Source of the DNA: Sphingomonadaceae bacterium PASS1
GTDB taxonomy: Bacteria; Pseudomonadota; Alphaproteobacteria; Sphingomonadales; Sphingomonadaceae
Direction: 5' to 3'
Assembly (NCBI GenBank): GCA_002255985.1
Contig: NKIR01000014.1
Coordinates: 3,919 to 67,918, forward strand
Length of the DNA stretch: 64,000 nt
In this document: positions 29,579 to 39,873 of the stretch, piece after piece
Layout: each line of letters begins with the position of its first letter
How positions within the stretch are numbered: the first letter of the stretch is position 1
Made by a program: the position numbers and the translations under genes
Notes under the pieces: generated by a model
The model's database searches: none
What the model was told of the DNA's origin: nothing
What the model saw: only the letters and a program-made list of their open reading frames with translations

Positions 29579-29587
29579 GCGTTTTGG

Positions 29588-31144
29588 TCACTCAGCCATA
29601 ACGGGTTGCTGACCCGGGGCGGCTTTGCCTGGCTTCAAAAGGAAAATCAGCGGGCTGACGATTACCACCATAATCATCATCAATTTAAAGTCGTCAAGAT
29701 AGGCAATCATGGCGGCCTGTCGGTTGATTTCCATATTTACGATTTGCATCGCAGCTTCGCCTAATGACCCTAGCCGGTCTGCAGTCGATGGGTCGATTGC
29801 ATTCATGGAAGAGGCTGTCACATGCGATGCCAAATCTTCGTGGCTGGTTTGCATATTACGCGCGAGCATCGTGGTCATAAGTGAGATCCCGAAACTACCA
29901 CCAAGGTTACGGAACAGGTAAAGCAAGCTTGAGCCATCGGTGCGCAACCGCAGGGGAAGCGTCGAGAATGCTACAGCGTTCAGTGGGATGAAGACGAATC
30001 CCATACCAAAGCCCTGAATTAGGCCCGTGTAGACGATCAGGTGCCAGTCCATGTCCAACGACCAACTTGTCATGACCCACATGGATGCTGCGGTAATCAG
30101 GAAGCCGCAGAAGATCAAAGCACGCGGATCGACCTTTTTGCTCAATTTCGTGGCTAAAAACATGGCAAGCATTGTACCGACACCGCGCGGAGCGAGTAGC
30201 ATGCCCGTGTCGTAAACCGAACGGCCATAAAGATTTTGCAACATGGGCGGCAGCAACGCAAAGGTGCCAAATATCGTCATCCCGACAAGTAGCATCATGC
30301 CCAGTGAAATGAAGAAATTGCGGTCTGTCATCAACAGCCGGTCAAACATCGGATGAGGGGTCGTTTTCTGATGTATCGCAAACATCCAGATCGCTGCGAT
30401 CACAACGAGCAGTTCGATGATGATCTCCCAGCTTTGTAGCCAGTCTTCTTGTTGCCCACGGTCAGCCAACAATTGAAGTGTGGCAAGGCCAATGGCCAAC
30501 ATTGCAAAACCAAACCGATCAAGCTGTCGCCGGTTAATCGGGCGCGATGGGAGCCGCCACCAAAGGATAGCCACAGTCAGAATGCCGATGGGCAAGTTGA
30601 TGTAAAATACCCAGCGCCAATTGTAATTCTCGGTCAACCAGCCGCCAATCATTGGGCCTAAAATAGGCGCTATCATAATACCCATGCCCCACATGGACAT
30701 TGCGCGCGGTGCGTCCGATGGCTTGTTTATATCGAGCAGAATGGTCTGCGAAAGTGGCCCAATGAAAGCTGCGCATACGCCTTGGAATATCCTGAAAACA
30801 ACCATTTCCGTGAGGCTGGTTGATATTCCGCAGAGCATTGATGCGAGAATAAACCCTGCTACCGCGCCCAGAAACAGATTGCGCGAGCCAATCCGGTCGG
30901 CAAGCCAGCCCGTAATCGGCATCGCAACAGCGCTTGCGATGATATAGCTCGTCAAAACCCACGTGATGGTGTCCATCGTCGCACCCAGGCTTGTTTGCAT
31001 GAGCGGGATGGCAACGTTGGCAATTGTCGAATCCAAGATCTGGATAATTGTCGCGCCCATGACGGCAAGCGTGAGCAGCCCCTTGTTTTTGACCGGGTAA
31101 GCGGCTTGATCGAGCGGGTTACTTATTGGTGTCGATGCGGACAT
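29588..31144 (-). CDS. emrB: DHA2 family MFS efflux permease (EmrB-like)
   Basis: 14-TM pattern, LDSTIANVA, WVLTSY, GPMIGGWLT..W.WVFYINLP. Confidence 0.92.
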   Translation of the reverse strand: MSASTPISNPLDQAAYPVKNKGLLTLAVMGATIIQILDSTIANVAIPLMQTSLGATMDTITWVLTSYIIASAVAMPITGWLADRIGSRNLFLGAVAGFILASMLCGISTSLTEMVVFRIFQGVCAAFIGPLSQTILLDINKPSDAPRAMSMWGMGIMIAPILGPMIGGWLTENYNWRWVFYINLPIGILTVAILWWRLPSRPINRRQLDRFGFAMLAIGLATLQLLADRGQQEDWLQSWEIIIELLVVIAAIWMFAIHQKTTPHPMFDRLLMTDRNFFISLGMMLLVGMTIFGTFALLPPMLQNLYGRSVYDTGMLLAPRGVGTMLAMFLATKLSKKVDPRALIFCGFLITAASMWVMTSWSLDMDWHLIVYTGLIQGFGMGFVFIPLNAVAFSTLPLRLRTDGSSLLYLFRNLGGSFGISLMTTMLARNMQTSHEDLASHVTASSMNAIDPSTADRLGSLGEAAMQIVNMEINRQAAMIAYLDDFKLMMIMVVIVSPLIFLLKPGKAAPGQQPVMAE

Positions 31145-32165
31145 GGGCCGACAATCCTGCAATCATTGCACGCTTCGGCTTGTCGGTAATCGATATCCGT
31201 ACAGGGACACGTTGCGTTACCTTGACCCAATTACCATTGGCATTTTGCGCCGGTAGAACCGAAAATTCTGCTCCTGTCCCAGCGCCAATGCTTGATACCT
31301 TGCCGCGCATTTTTAGCTCGGGATAGGCGTCGAAGGTTATCTCAGCAGGCTGTCCAACGCGCATGTTTGCTAGGTCGGTTTCCTTGAAATTTGCTTCGAC
31401 CCAGCTTTTGCTGCTGGCTACTATCGTCACGCCGGGCAATCCCTGCACCATCATTTGGCCAGGTTGCAAACGATCGGCCTGACTTACGACGCCCGCGACA
31501 GGTGCGCGCACTTCAGTGCGCGAGAGGTTAAGCATAGCCTGCTCACGTTGAACCTCACCCGCTTTAATGGCTGGATTTATGCCGGGCGCTGCCGATCCTG
31601 TGGCGAGTGCTGCGCGTGCCTTAGTGGCGTCGGCTAGCGCCGAGGCTACGCGACTTCTTGCGTCGGACAAAGCATGTTCTGAGGCCTGCAACCTGGCGCG
31701 GGTGGTGAAGCCAGCCTGCATCAGAGAGGATTGCCGTTGATACTCTTTTTCATAGAAAGCGACATCCTCACGGGCGCTATCGATATCTACACCCGTGGTT
31801 TGAAATTCGGTCTGGAGCGCAGAAACGCGGACTTGCGCGGCGGCAATGGACGCATCGGCTTGTTCAATGGCTATACGGTAAGGCGCCGGATCAATCCGGA
31901 ACAACAGGTCGCCTTCTTGCACCACGTCATTTTCATGGACGGCCACATCGATGATGCGTCCGCCAATTTCGGATGAAATGGACACCTTGTCTTGTTGGAC
32001 ATAGGCATTGTCCGTCGACACATAATGGTCGTTGGCAATATAATATGCGGTCGCGCCGCCCACGAGCAACAACGGGACCGAAGCCATCAACGCCAGTCGG
32101 CCCAAGCGCTGCGACTTTGTCTTGGTGGTCGCCACAACATCAATTTTTGGATCAGCCTCAGCCAT
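31119..32165 (-). CDS. emrA: HlyD/EmrA membrane fusion protein
   Basis: STDNAYV, ANFKET.L, FSVLPAQNANGNWVKVTQRVPV. Confidence 0.92.
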   Translation of the reverse strand: MAEADPKIDVVATTKTKSQRLGRLALMASVPLLLVGGATAYYIANDHYVSTDNAYVQQDKVSISSEIGGRIIDVAVHENDVVQEGDLLFRIDPAPYRIAIEQADASIAAAQVRVSALQTEFQTTGVDIDSAREDVAFYEKEYQRQSSLMQAGFTTRARLQASEHALSDARSRVASALADATKARAALATGSAAPGINPAIKAGEVQREQAMLNLSRTEVRAPVAGVVSQADRLQPGQMMVQGLPGVTIVASSKSWVEANFKETDLANMRVGQPAEITFDAYPELKMRGKVSSIGAGTGAEFSVLPAQNANGNWVKVTQRVPVRISITDKPKRAMIAGLSAHVRIDTNK

Positions 32166-32598
32166 GCGACACCTCATGCGGTTTACGGGTTAAGTTGGCA
32201 CGAATGATGTTCAACATTGCTTCCAATTCTTTTCTTTGCGTTGCGTCCAAGCCGGCTAATGCATCATCAAACAATGCAAGTGCAGTTGGCCGCACAGCTT
32301 CAATTTTTTGTTCGCCTTCCGCCGTTAAGTGCAGCCGCCACGTACGGCGGTCATTTGGTTCCGCACGGCGTTCGACGAGCCCAGCATCCTGAAGGCGATC
32401 CACCATTCTACCTAGCGTGATCGGTTCGACGTCAAGCATATCTGCCATAGTGACCTGCGCACTCCCGTCGAAGCGTTTCAGCAGCGCCAGCACTCGCCAT
32501 TGGGGCCTTGTGACGCCGACGGCGCGGGCGCGTTCATCGAATGAACGCCGCAGCAAACGGGCTGCGTCACCCAATAGAAAGCCTAAATCATCGCTCAT
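32158..32598 (-). CDS. MarR/SlyA family regulator
   Basis: GVTRPQWRVL, MLDVEPITLGRMVDRL, DRR..RLHLT. Confidence 0.92.
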   Translation of the reverse strand: MSDDLGFLLGDAARLLRRSFDERARAVGVTRPQWRVLALLKRFDGSAQVTMADMLDVEPITLGRMVDRLQDAGLVERRAEPNDRRTWRLHLTAEGEQKIEAVRPTALALFDDALAGLDATQRKELEAMLNIIRANLTRKPHEVSHG

Positions 32599-32617
32599 GC
32601 CGTCGATATAGTAGCTA

Positions 32618-32632
32618 TGCTTATTATATGCA
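32618..32632 (-). promoter_or_regulatory. Putative MarR operator overlapping -10 box
   Basis: Near-palindrome TGCATAT-A-ATAAGCA containing TATAAT on the minus strand, 20 bp upstream of the marR ATG. Confidence 0.55.
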
Positions 32633-32736
32633 ATAATATTTGGGTGCGGCGCACAAAATATGGAAAACACTTTCCGGATTAACCTACGCGTGCCAAACCA
32701 CAAGCATTCGCAGACGACAGAAGAACGAGCAAACTT

Positions 32737-33492
32737 ATGATTGCATCCAACACCTTCCAAACAACCGACGGCATTGAAGTCGTTTGGCGCGAAACGGGGC
32801 AGGGGCGATCCTTACTCCTGATCCATGGGTTCATGTCTGACGCCGACACCAATTGGATCAAATATGGCCATGCGACGGCCTTGGCGGATGCTGGGTATCG
32901 GGTCATCATGCCCGACCTACGTGCCCATGGTCTCAGCGGTAAGCCGCATGCGCCAAGCCATTACCCCGCCGATATACTGGCCGATGACCAATTTGCGTTG
33001 CTCGCGCATCTGGGAATCGAAGAGTATGACCTTGGTGGTTATTCATTGGGCGGGCGAACGGTAGCGCGGATGTTGGCGCGTGGCGCGCAGCCGGGGAAGG
33101 CAATCATTTCTGGAATGGGTCTACAAGGGCTTACGCAAACCGGAAATCGCGGCGCGCATTTTCGTAATGTCTTCGACAATTTGGGGCGCCATGAAAAAGG
33201 GTCGACTGCGTGGATGGCCGAGGCATTTCTGAAAACAACGGGCGGCGATCCGTTAGCGTTGCGCAGTATATTGGAGACCTTTGTCGACACGAGTGAAGCC
33301 GAGATTGCCAGTTGGGAATTGCCGGTGGGCATAGTGTGTGGCGAGCAGGATGATGACAACGGGTCTGCCGCGGCTCTTGCGGCGCGCCTTCGCCACGGGA
33401 AGCTGTTCACGGTGCTGGGCAACCACATGAGTGCAGTCACCAAGCCTGAACTTGGTCAGGCGTTTGTTGCGGCGCTGACGACGACATGGTGA
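32737..33492 (+). CDS. Alpha/beta hydrolase
   Basis: LIHGF, DLRAHG.S, nucleophile elbow GYSLG. Confidence 0.9.
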   Translation: MIASNTFQTTDGIEVVWRETGQGRSLLLIHGFMSDADTNWIKYGHATALADAGYRVIMPDLRAHGLSGKPHAPSHYPADILADDQFALLAHLGIEEYDLGGYSLGGRTVARMLARGAQPGKAIISGMGLQGLTQTGNRGAHFRNVFDNLGRHEKGSTAWMAEAFLKTTGGDPLALRSILETFVDTSEAEIASWELPVGIVCGEQDDDNGSAAALAARLRHGKLFTVLGNHMSAVTKPELGQAFVAALTTTW

Positions 33493-34064
33493 TGCCCGAC
33501 CACGCCGATTTGCAACCAACATTGGTTGGCGATAACCTATTGTTGCGTCCACTGAACGAGAGCGATTGGGACGCGATGTATGCGGTGGCGTCTGACCCTT
33601 TGCTGTGGGAAGTGCATCCCGCGTGGGATCGATATAAAGAACCGGTGTTCCGTGAATATTTTGTGGGCGCGATGGCATCACGTGGAGCATTGGCTGTAAT
33701 CGACCGCGCCACGAACAGAATCATCGGTGGCAGCCGATATGCCCATTATGTGCCCGATCGTAATGAAATTGAAATTGGTTGGAGCTTTCTTGCGCGCGCA
33801 TATTGGGGCGGAGCCTATAACCGTGAGATGAAGGCGCTCATGCTTTTCCACGCCTTCCAAGTTTTCGACAGCGTTCGGTTCAATATTGGCGCAAAAAATG
33901 TTCGCTCGCGCCGCGCGATTGAGAAAATCGGCGCGCGCTTGGATGGTGAATATGTGCCGGAAGCGATTAACGGCGTGCCGCCAGTGCCGCATGTCATTTA
34001 CCGAATGAGCCTGAATGATGCAAAAGCTGCCGACATGCTATTGGAATCGAAGCGCAATGGGTGA
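33486..34064 (+). CDS. GNAT (RimJ/RimL-like) acetyltransferase
   Basis: EIEIGWSFLAR.YWGG, N.RSRRAIEKIG. Confidence 0.88.
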   Translation: MVMPDHADLQPTLVGDNLLLRPLNESDWDAMYAVASDPLLWEVHPAWDRYKEPVFREYFVGAMASRGALAVIDRATNRIIGGSRYAHYVPDRNEIEIGWSFLARAYWGGAYNREMKALMLFHAFQVFDSVRFNIGAKNVRSRRAIEKIGARLDGEYVPEAINGVPPVPHVIYRMSLNDAKAADMLLESKRNG

Positions 34065-34584
34065 AAGTAAATTGGAACGCCGCTTCTGGCGGTTCTGGCT
34101 GAGTGGTCTTTTGCTGCTGGCGCTGATGATAGCAATGGGCCCTGCGTTTTCAAACGACATTTCACGATTGGGAATACGGGACCATCAAATCGCAGGAACT
34201 GCCCTGCGGGTGGATGCCATTCAAGGGGCCTGGCAAGCAGCCGGAGTTTTGAATCTCGCAAAATTCGGCATGGCCATCGACCTGGTCTATATCGCGATTT
34301 ATGCTTTTGGTGCCTATTGCGGAGGACGGCTGTTTTCACAATCGCCAAAGCCAGTTTTGCGGCGGCTTGGTTGGGTCATTGTTGCGACAGCTATTATCGG
34401 CGGTGCGGCAGACGGCATCGAAACATTATGCCAATTTGTTCAAATCATGATGTTTGATGGCAGCGACCTGTTAGCTGGAGTCGCAGCCACTGCGCAGCCC
34501 GTTAAAACGATCGCATTTCTTGTTACGTTTTTTGGTCTGCTGATGGCGTTATACATTCGACGAACAACGCGCCGGGCGGGTTGA
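34057..34584 (+). CDS. Hypothetical multi-TM membrane protein
   Basis: About four hydrophobic segments; start overlaps the GNAT stop. Confidence 0.7.
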   Translation: MGESKLERRFWRFWLSGLLLLALMIAMGPAFSNDISRLGIRDHQIAGTALRVDAIQGAWQAAGVLNLAKFGMAIDLVYIAIYAFGAYCGGRLFSQSPKPVLRRLGWVIVATAIIGGAADGIETLCQFVQIMMFDGSDLLAGVAATAQPVKTIAFLVTFFGLLMALYIRRTTRRAG

Positions 34585-34638
34585 CGCCGCCACATGAAAG
34601 TTTCACCATCGGAACATATTGTTTTCCGGGGACCCTCC

Positions 34639-36513
34639 ATGAAAAATCTTGTATCGATCGCCGCACTGGCATTTGCCTCACTTTCCCTCCCAGCCGTCGC
34701 CATGGCGCAGGATTCCACTGCCGCGTCATCGGGGCCGACTGTGGCTGAGGCAGATGCTTTCGTCGCCGCCGCGGAAAAGGACCTGTTTGACTTTTCGATT
34801 GAGGCTGGGCGCGTCGCGTGGATTAACTCAACCCATATTACAGATGACACCGATGCACTTGCGGCACGCTATGGTGAAATTGGAACCGAAAAATCGGTCC
34901 GGTACGCGTTGGACGCGGCGAAGTATCAGGCGCTTCCCGGCCTGTCATATAACACCAAACGCAAGCTTGATATCCTACGCGGCGGTATAGTGTTGCCCGC
35001 GCCAACTAAGGCGGGTGCAGCGGCTGAACTTGCAACGATCACCACGAAACTGCAGTCGGCTTATGGCAAGGGCCGCGGCACGCTTAACGGCAAGGAAATC
35101 AACGGTTCCGATATTGAGGCTGCGATGGGGTCAAGCCGCAACCCCGAAGAACTGAAAGAAATGTGGGTGAGTTGGCATGACAATGTCGGCGCGCCAATGG
35201 GCAAGGATTATGCCCGGATGGTTGAAATCGCCAATCAAGGCGCAACAGAGCTGGGCTATGCAGATGTCGGCGCGATGTGGCGTTCAGGCTATGACATGCC
35301 AGCAGATGACTTTGCCAAGCTGACGGACAAATTGTGGCTTGAGGTTAAACCGCTTTATGAAGAATTGCACATCTATGTCCGTACACAGTTGAACAAGAAA
35401 TATGGGGATGCGGTCCAATCCAAGACAGGGCCCATTCGCGCCGATCTGTTGGGCAATATGTGGGCGCAGGAATGGGGCAACATTTATGACGTCGTCGCGC
35501 CTCCGGGGGCTGGCGATATCGGTTATGATATTGGCGCGTTGCTGGTTGCCAAGGGGTACAAGCAAACCGAAACCGTCGATTTTAGTGCCAATCGTGGCAA
35601 GGCGGAAAAGGACATGGTCAAGGTCGGTGAGGGCTTTTTCTCGTCGCTTGGCTTTGCCCCACTGCCCAAGAAATTTTGGGATCGCGCGCAATTTATCAAG
35701 CCCGCCGACCGCGAAGTTGTCTGCCATGCCTCTGCGTGGGATATCGATAATGTCGACGATTTGCGTATCAAGATGTGCATCAAGGTTAAATCCGATGACT
35801 TCGTGACCATCCACCACGAGCTTGGGCATAATTATTACCAGCGCGCTTATAACAAGCAGTCATATTTATATTTGAATGGCGCGAATGATGGGTTCCATGA
35901 AGCGATCGGCGATGCCATCGCGTTGTCCATTACGCCGAATTATCTGGTGCAGATCGGCCTGTTGGATGCCAGCAAAGTTCCCGGAGCCGACAAGGACAAT
36001 GGGCTATTGCTGCGCCAAGCCATGGACAAGGTTGCGTTCCTGCCATTTGGACTGCTGATCGACAAATGGCGCTGGGGCGTCTTCAATGGCTCTATTACGC
36101 CCGCCAATTACAACAAGGGCTGGACCGACTTGCGTTTGCAGTATCAGGGAATTGTCCCGCCCGTGGAGCGTGCAGCAGACCGTTTTGACGCCGGTGCGAA
36201 ATATCATATCCCCGGGAACACGCCATATACCCGCTACTTCCTCGCGCGGATTTTGCAGTTCCAATTCTACAAGGCAGCTTGCGATATTTCGGGCTGGAAA
36301 GGCCCACTCCATCGCTGCTCATTCTATGGCAATAAAGAAGTCGGCACGCGATTGAATGCGATGCTGGAAATGGGGGCATCAAAGCCGTGGCCAGATGCGT
36401 TGCAAGCATTCACGGGAACGCGCGAAATGTCGGGCAAGCCCATGCTGGAATATTTCGCCCCGCTCATGAAATGGCTCAAGGCGCAGAATAAGGGCGCTAA
36501 AAAAGGCTGGTAA
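34639..36513 (+). CDS. M2 family peptidyl-dipeptidase (ACE-like)
   Basis: Signal peptide; HLLGN-like DLLGNMWAQ.W, HHELGH zinc motif, GFHEAIGD, DAGAKYHI, YTRYF. Confidence 0.93.
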   Translation: MKNLVSIAALAFASLSLPAVAMAQDSTAASSGPTVAEADAFVAAAEKDLFDFSIEAGRVAWINSTHITDDTDALAARYGEIGTEKSVRYALDAAKYQALPGLSYNTKRKLDILRGGIVLPAPTKAGAAAELATITTKLQSAYGKGRGTLNGKEINGSDIEAAMGSSRNPEELKEMWVSWHDNVGAPMGKDYARMVEIANQGATELGYADVGAMWRSGYDMPADDFAKLTDKLWLEVKPLYEELHIYVRTQLNKKYGDAVQSKTGPIRADLLGNMWAQEWGNIYDVVAPPGAGDIGYDIGALLVAKGYKQTETVDFSANRGKAEKDMVKVGEGFFSSLGFAPLPKKFWDRAQFIKPADREVVCHASAWDIDNVDDLRIKMCIKVKSDDFVTIHHELGHNYYQRAYNKQSYLYLNGANDGFHEAIGDAIALSITPNYLVQIGLLDASKVPGADKDNGLLLRQAMDKVAFLPFGLLIDKWRWGVFNGSITPANYNKGWTDLRLQYQGIVPPVERAADRFDAGAKYHIPGNTPYTRYFLARILQFQFYKAACDISGWKGPLHRCSFYGNKEVGTRLNAMLEMGASKPWPDALQAFTGTREMSGKPMLEYFAPLMKWLKAQNKGAKKGW

Positions 36514-36558
36514 GGAAAATAGGCGCCGCCGTCACAGGCGGGGCCATTTCGTTTTTGA

Positions 36559-37020
36559 TTAAGCTGCAGTCTTAGGTGGCGTCTTAACCGGCGCCGACTT
36601 TTTCGGTGCAGGCTTTGCTGCAGCAACTGGCTTCGGCGCTTTTGCTGCCGCCGGTTTCGCAGCCGCTTTCGCAGCAGGCTTGGTTGCCGCAGCTTTTTTA
36701 GCAACGGGCTTTTTAGCAGCTGGCTTCTTGGCTGGTGCCTTTGTTCCACCCGTTTTGCGGTCATACACTTTTTTGCCAGCAACGGCGGCTGCGGCAGTTG
36801 CGATGACTGCGCCCGCAACAGCAGCAGTTTTGCCGGGGTTTTCCTTGATCACGGATCCAGCGGTCGCAGCTGCGGTGGACGCTTGATCGACAGCGGATTT
36901 TGCTGTTGTCGACGCGGAGTGCGCGACCGAACGCGCGCTGCCGGTCAAACCGTCGGCGAATGCGCGGAACTTATTTAGCAGCTTGTCGAGCGGTCCGGTG
37001 TTTTCGGGTTTCTTCGGCAT
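36559..37020 (-). CDS. Ala/Lys/Pro-rich protein with histone H1-like tail
   Basis: Amphipathic N-terminal half, hydrophobic Ala stretch, KKPAAK-type repeats; GGAG RBS. Confidence 0.75.
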   Translation of the reverse strand: MPKKPENTGPLDKLLNKFRAFADGLTGSARSVAHSASTTAKSAVDQASTAAATAGSVIKENPGKTAAVAGAVIATAAAAVAGKKVYDRKTGGTKAPAKKPAAKKPVAKKAAATKPAAKAAAKPAAAKAPKPVAAAKPAPKKSAPVKTPPKTAA

Positions 37021-37082
37021 GGGCCGTTTCTCCTTGGTTATGTTTTGGGGATAATCAATGGCTTCCGTTTTCGTTCCTGACC

Positions 37083-38534
37083 CTATCTGAAGGGCGGTTC
37101 GTTAAAGGCGCGAAGTTTGCGACTGTGCAGGCTATTTCCCGCCTCCCGAAGCAGTTCGCATGTTTGGATACCGATTTGCAAATGGGCGGCGATCGCTTCT
37201 TCATAAAAACGGTTGGCTTGCCCCGGCAGCTTGATTTCACCGTGCAGCGGTTTGTCGGACACGCACAGCAATGTGCCATAGGGCACGCGGAAGCGATATC
37301 CTTGGGCCGCGATGGTCGCGGACTCCATGTCGATCGCAATCGCACGGCTTTGCGAAAAACGCAGGGCAGATGCCGAATAACGCAACTCCCAATTGCGGTC
37401 GTCGGTCGTAACAACTGTACCGGTGCGCATGCGCCGTTTCAGATTGGCGCCGCTTGTGCCGGACACATGTTCTGCTGCACTTGCCAGTGCCTGCTGCACT
37501 TCGGCGATTGGCGGAATTGGAATTTCGGGTGGCAGTACGTCATCCAAGATATGGTCGTCGCGCAGATAGGCATGCGCCAACACATAATCCCCAATCCGCT
37601 GCGTTTCACGAAGGCCACCGCAATGGCCAATCATCAGCCATGCTTCCGGGCGTAGCACCGCCAAATGGTCGCAGATTGTCTTGGCATTGGAAGGCCCAAC
37701 GCCGATGTTAACAAGGGTAATCCCCGACCTGTCCGGCGCGATAAGATGGTAGGCAGGCATCTGGTGCCGTCGCCATGTGCTGTCGGCAACAAGCTGCGCC
37801 GCGTTGTCGGTAGGTTTGTCGACATATAGGCCGCCAGCGCCCGACAAGGCGGTGTAACGGCCATTGCCAACTTGTGTACATGCCCAACTGACAAACTCAT
37901 CCACATAACGGTGGTAGTTGGTAAACAGGATGTAATGTTGGACATTCTCGGCGGGCGCGCCGGTATAATGTCGCAGACGCGCGAGCGAGAAATCTGTGCG
38001 TAGACCGTCAAACAAAGCAAGCGGCGCGCTGGCATTGCCCTTGATCCGCAGCAATCCGTCTGCGATTTCATCGCCAATGTCGGCAAGCTCGGTCGTGGGG
38101 AAATGGCGTGCGAGCTCGTTGGGGCTAACCGTACCCAGTTCCAAATCTGCCGACCCGTCGAGAACATAAGGAAAGGGAATTTCCTGTTTGCTGCGGCCAA
38201 CCGAAATCTCGAGCTCATATTGCTCAATGAGCAGATCGAGTTGCTCGCCAATATATTCTGCAAACAAATCTGGCTTGGTGAATGTGGTCCGGAATGTTCC
38301 GACTTTTTCAAGCTTACCAAATGCAAGGTTAGACTGCGTCTCGCGTTGTTTCCCCGCGTAAGTGATTACCAATTCGGGGTAACAGAAATCATTGTTGGCG
38401 CGTTGGTCGGATGAAGGCGGGGTTCGATCCTTCAAGTAATGTGCAAGTGCAGTTTGCAAGCGTTTTACCGAAGCTTCATATTCGGTAACGAGTTGATTAA
38501 TGATGTTCTGAGCTTGTTGACTAGGCATAAACAC
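37083..38534 (-). CDS. amn: AMP nucleosidase
   Basis: LFTNYHRYVD, QMPAYHL, GVGPSNAKTICDHLAVLRP, HAYLRDD, IDMESAT. Confidence 0.96.
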   Translation of the reverse strand: MFMPSQQAQNIINQLVTEYEASVKRLQTALAHYLKDRTPPSSDQRANNDFCYPELVITYAGKQRETQSNLAFGKLEKVGTFRTTFTKPDLFAEYIGEQLDLLIEQYELEISVGRSKQEIPFPYVLDGSADLELGTVSPNELARHFPTTELADIGDEIADGLLRIKGNASAPLALFDGLRTDFSLARLRHYTGAPAENVQHYILFTNYHRYVDEFVSWACTQVGNGRYTALSGAGGLYVDKPTDNAAQLVADSTWRRHQMPAYHLIAPDRSGITLVNIGVGPSNAKTICDHLAVLRPEAWLMIGHCGGLRETQRIGDYVLAHAYLRDDHILDDVLPPEIPIPPIAEVQQALASAAEHVSGTSGANLKRRMRTGTVVTTDDRNWELRYSASALRFSQSRAIAIDMESATIAAQGYRFRVPYGTLLCVSDKPLHGEIKLPGQANRFYEEAIAAHLQIGIQTCELLREAGNSLHSRKLRAFNEPPFR

Positions 38535-38620
38535 GCTTCGCCGAAATTTGCAGTTTTCGCAACAAAAAAGGGAGGGTTACCCCTCCCTTCAAATACCCAA
38601 AAGGGCAAGATAGTGTAATG

Positions 38621-39100
38621 TTAAAGCTGGCCAAGCATATATTCGGCTGAGCTGACATTGAAGTCACCAGGGGCTTCGACATTCACATGTTCAACGACGC
38701 CGTCATTGACGACCAGCGAGAAACGCTGACCGCGCTTGCCCATGCCAAATGCCGAACCATCCATTTCGAGGCCAAGTGCAGCGGCGAAATCGCCATTGCC
38801 ATCTGCCAACATCGTGATGGCCTCTGATCCGCCAGACTTGTTCCAAGCGCCAAGAACAAAGGCATCGTTCACAGCAGTGCAGGCGATTTCATCAATGCCC
38901 TTGGCCGCAAGCTCACCGGACTTTTCAACAAAGCCGGGAAGGTGACGCGCAGAGCAGGTTGGTGTGAATGCACCGGGAACCGAAAACAGGGCAACGCGGC
39001 GGCCTGCGAAATATTCTGCGGATTGAACGGGCTGAGGGCCTTCAGCGGTTGCCTTTACCAGCTTAACGTCAGGGATTTTGTCGCCAACAGAGATGCTCAT
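38621..39100 (-). CDS. Peroxiredoxin (Prx5/type II)
   Basis: VPGAFTPTCS..HLPG, VNDAFV, LADGNG. Confidence 0.93.
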   Translation of the reverse strand: MSISVGDKIPDVKLVKATAEGPQPVQSAEYFAGRRVALFSVPGAFTPTCSARHLPGFVEKSGELAAKGIDEIACTAVNDAFVLGAWNKSGGSEAITMLADGNGDFAAALGLEMDGSAFGMGKRGQRFSLVVNDGVVEHVNVEAPGDFNVSSAEYMLGQL

Positions 39101-39341
39101 ATTTGGATTCCTTTTACATGTGAGGTTCGGTGCTTAATCCGTGACCCGTTCCGGCAAGTCAAGTAGCCGTTCCTCTAAACTACCAATTTGTGTTCGACAA
39201 ATCGCCCGGATGTCCCTCATATAAGCCAATAATTTTTAACACAAAACTGGTGGGTTAGGTGGTAAATTTTCCTTTACGTTGTTTGTTGAAAATTCCGTAA
39301 ACAGGATAGTCAATGTTCTCCCCGTTGAACACGCAAACGGG

Positions 39342-39839
39342 ATGAGAAAAATGATGAAAATATTGAAGAAGGCCGCGCTTGGCGGGGTTTTAATGGCTGT
39401 GTCGGTTCAGCCAGCACAGGCATGTTGGACCACTGCTGCACAGGACGCTGCCAAGATTAAACATTTGAATACGATGCTGATGGTCACAGCGCTGCGTTGT
39501 CGAAATACAGTCGACAATTTTCTTCCGAGTTATAATCAATTTGTCTTGAAGCATAACAGTCTCATCGGTGCGCAAAACAACGAACTTAGAAACTACCTGT
39601 CGGCTACATATGGGGCACGCGGCACTGAAGGCGCGTTGGACCGAATGTCGATTGGCTACGCAAACAGCTATGGCAACGGCCATAGGGACATGGATTGTCG
39701 GCAATTAAAGGATTTGGCCACTAGATTGGCATCAGAGCCGCATGGCGTGGTGACGATGGCCGCTGTTGCCGATGTTACCGTGGTTGGTGCGTCATGGACC
39801 GGGGCCACCTGTCCAACGCGAATAGCGACGCGGCCATAG
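39342..39839 (+). CDS. Conserved-looking secreted hypothetical protein
   Basis: Signal peptide ending [12 protein letters not shown], several Cys; no AdoHcyase motifs. Confidence 0.7.
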   Translation: MRKMMKILKKAALGGVLMAVSVQPAQACWTTAAQDAAKIKHLNTMLMVTALRCRNTVDNFLPSYNQFVLKHNSLIGAQNNELRNYLSATYGARGTEGALDRMSIGYANSYGNGHRDMDCRQLKDLATRLASEPHGVVTMAAVADVTVVGASWTGATCPTRIATRP

Positions 39840-39853
39840 CCATCTGCATAGAC

Positions 39854-39873
39854 ATATAAAGCAATCTTTATAT
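39854..39873. promoter_or_regulatory. Perfect 20-bp palindrome, probable SahR-type operator of ahcY
   Basis: ATATAAAG-CAAT-CTTTATAT, about 65 bp upstream of the ahcY start. Confidence 0.7.

Noticed and set aside
39180-39340. CtrA boxes upstream of the secreted hypothetical gene
   Set aside because: Only half-sites; none fits TTAA-N7-TTAA with one mismatch or fewer
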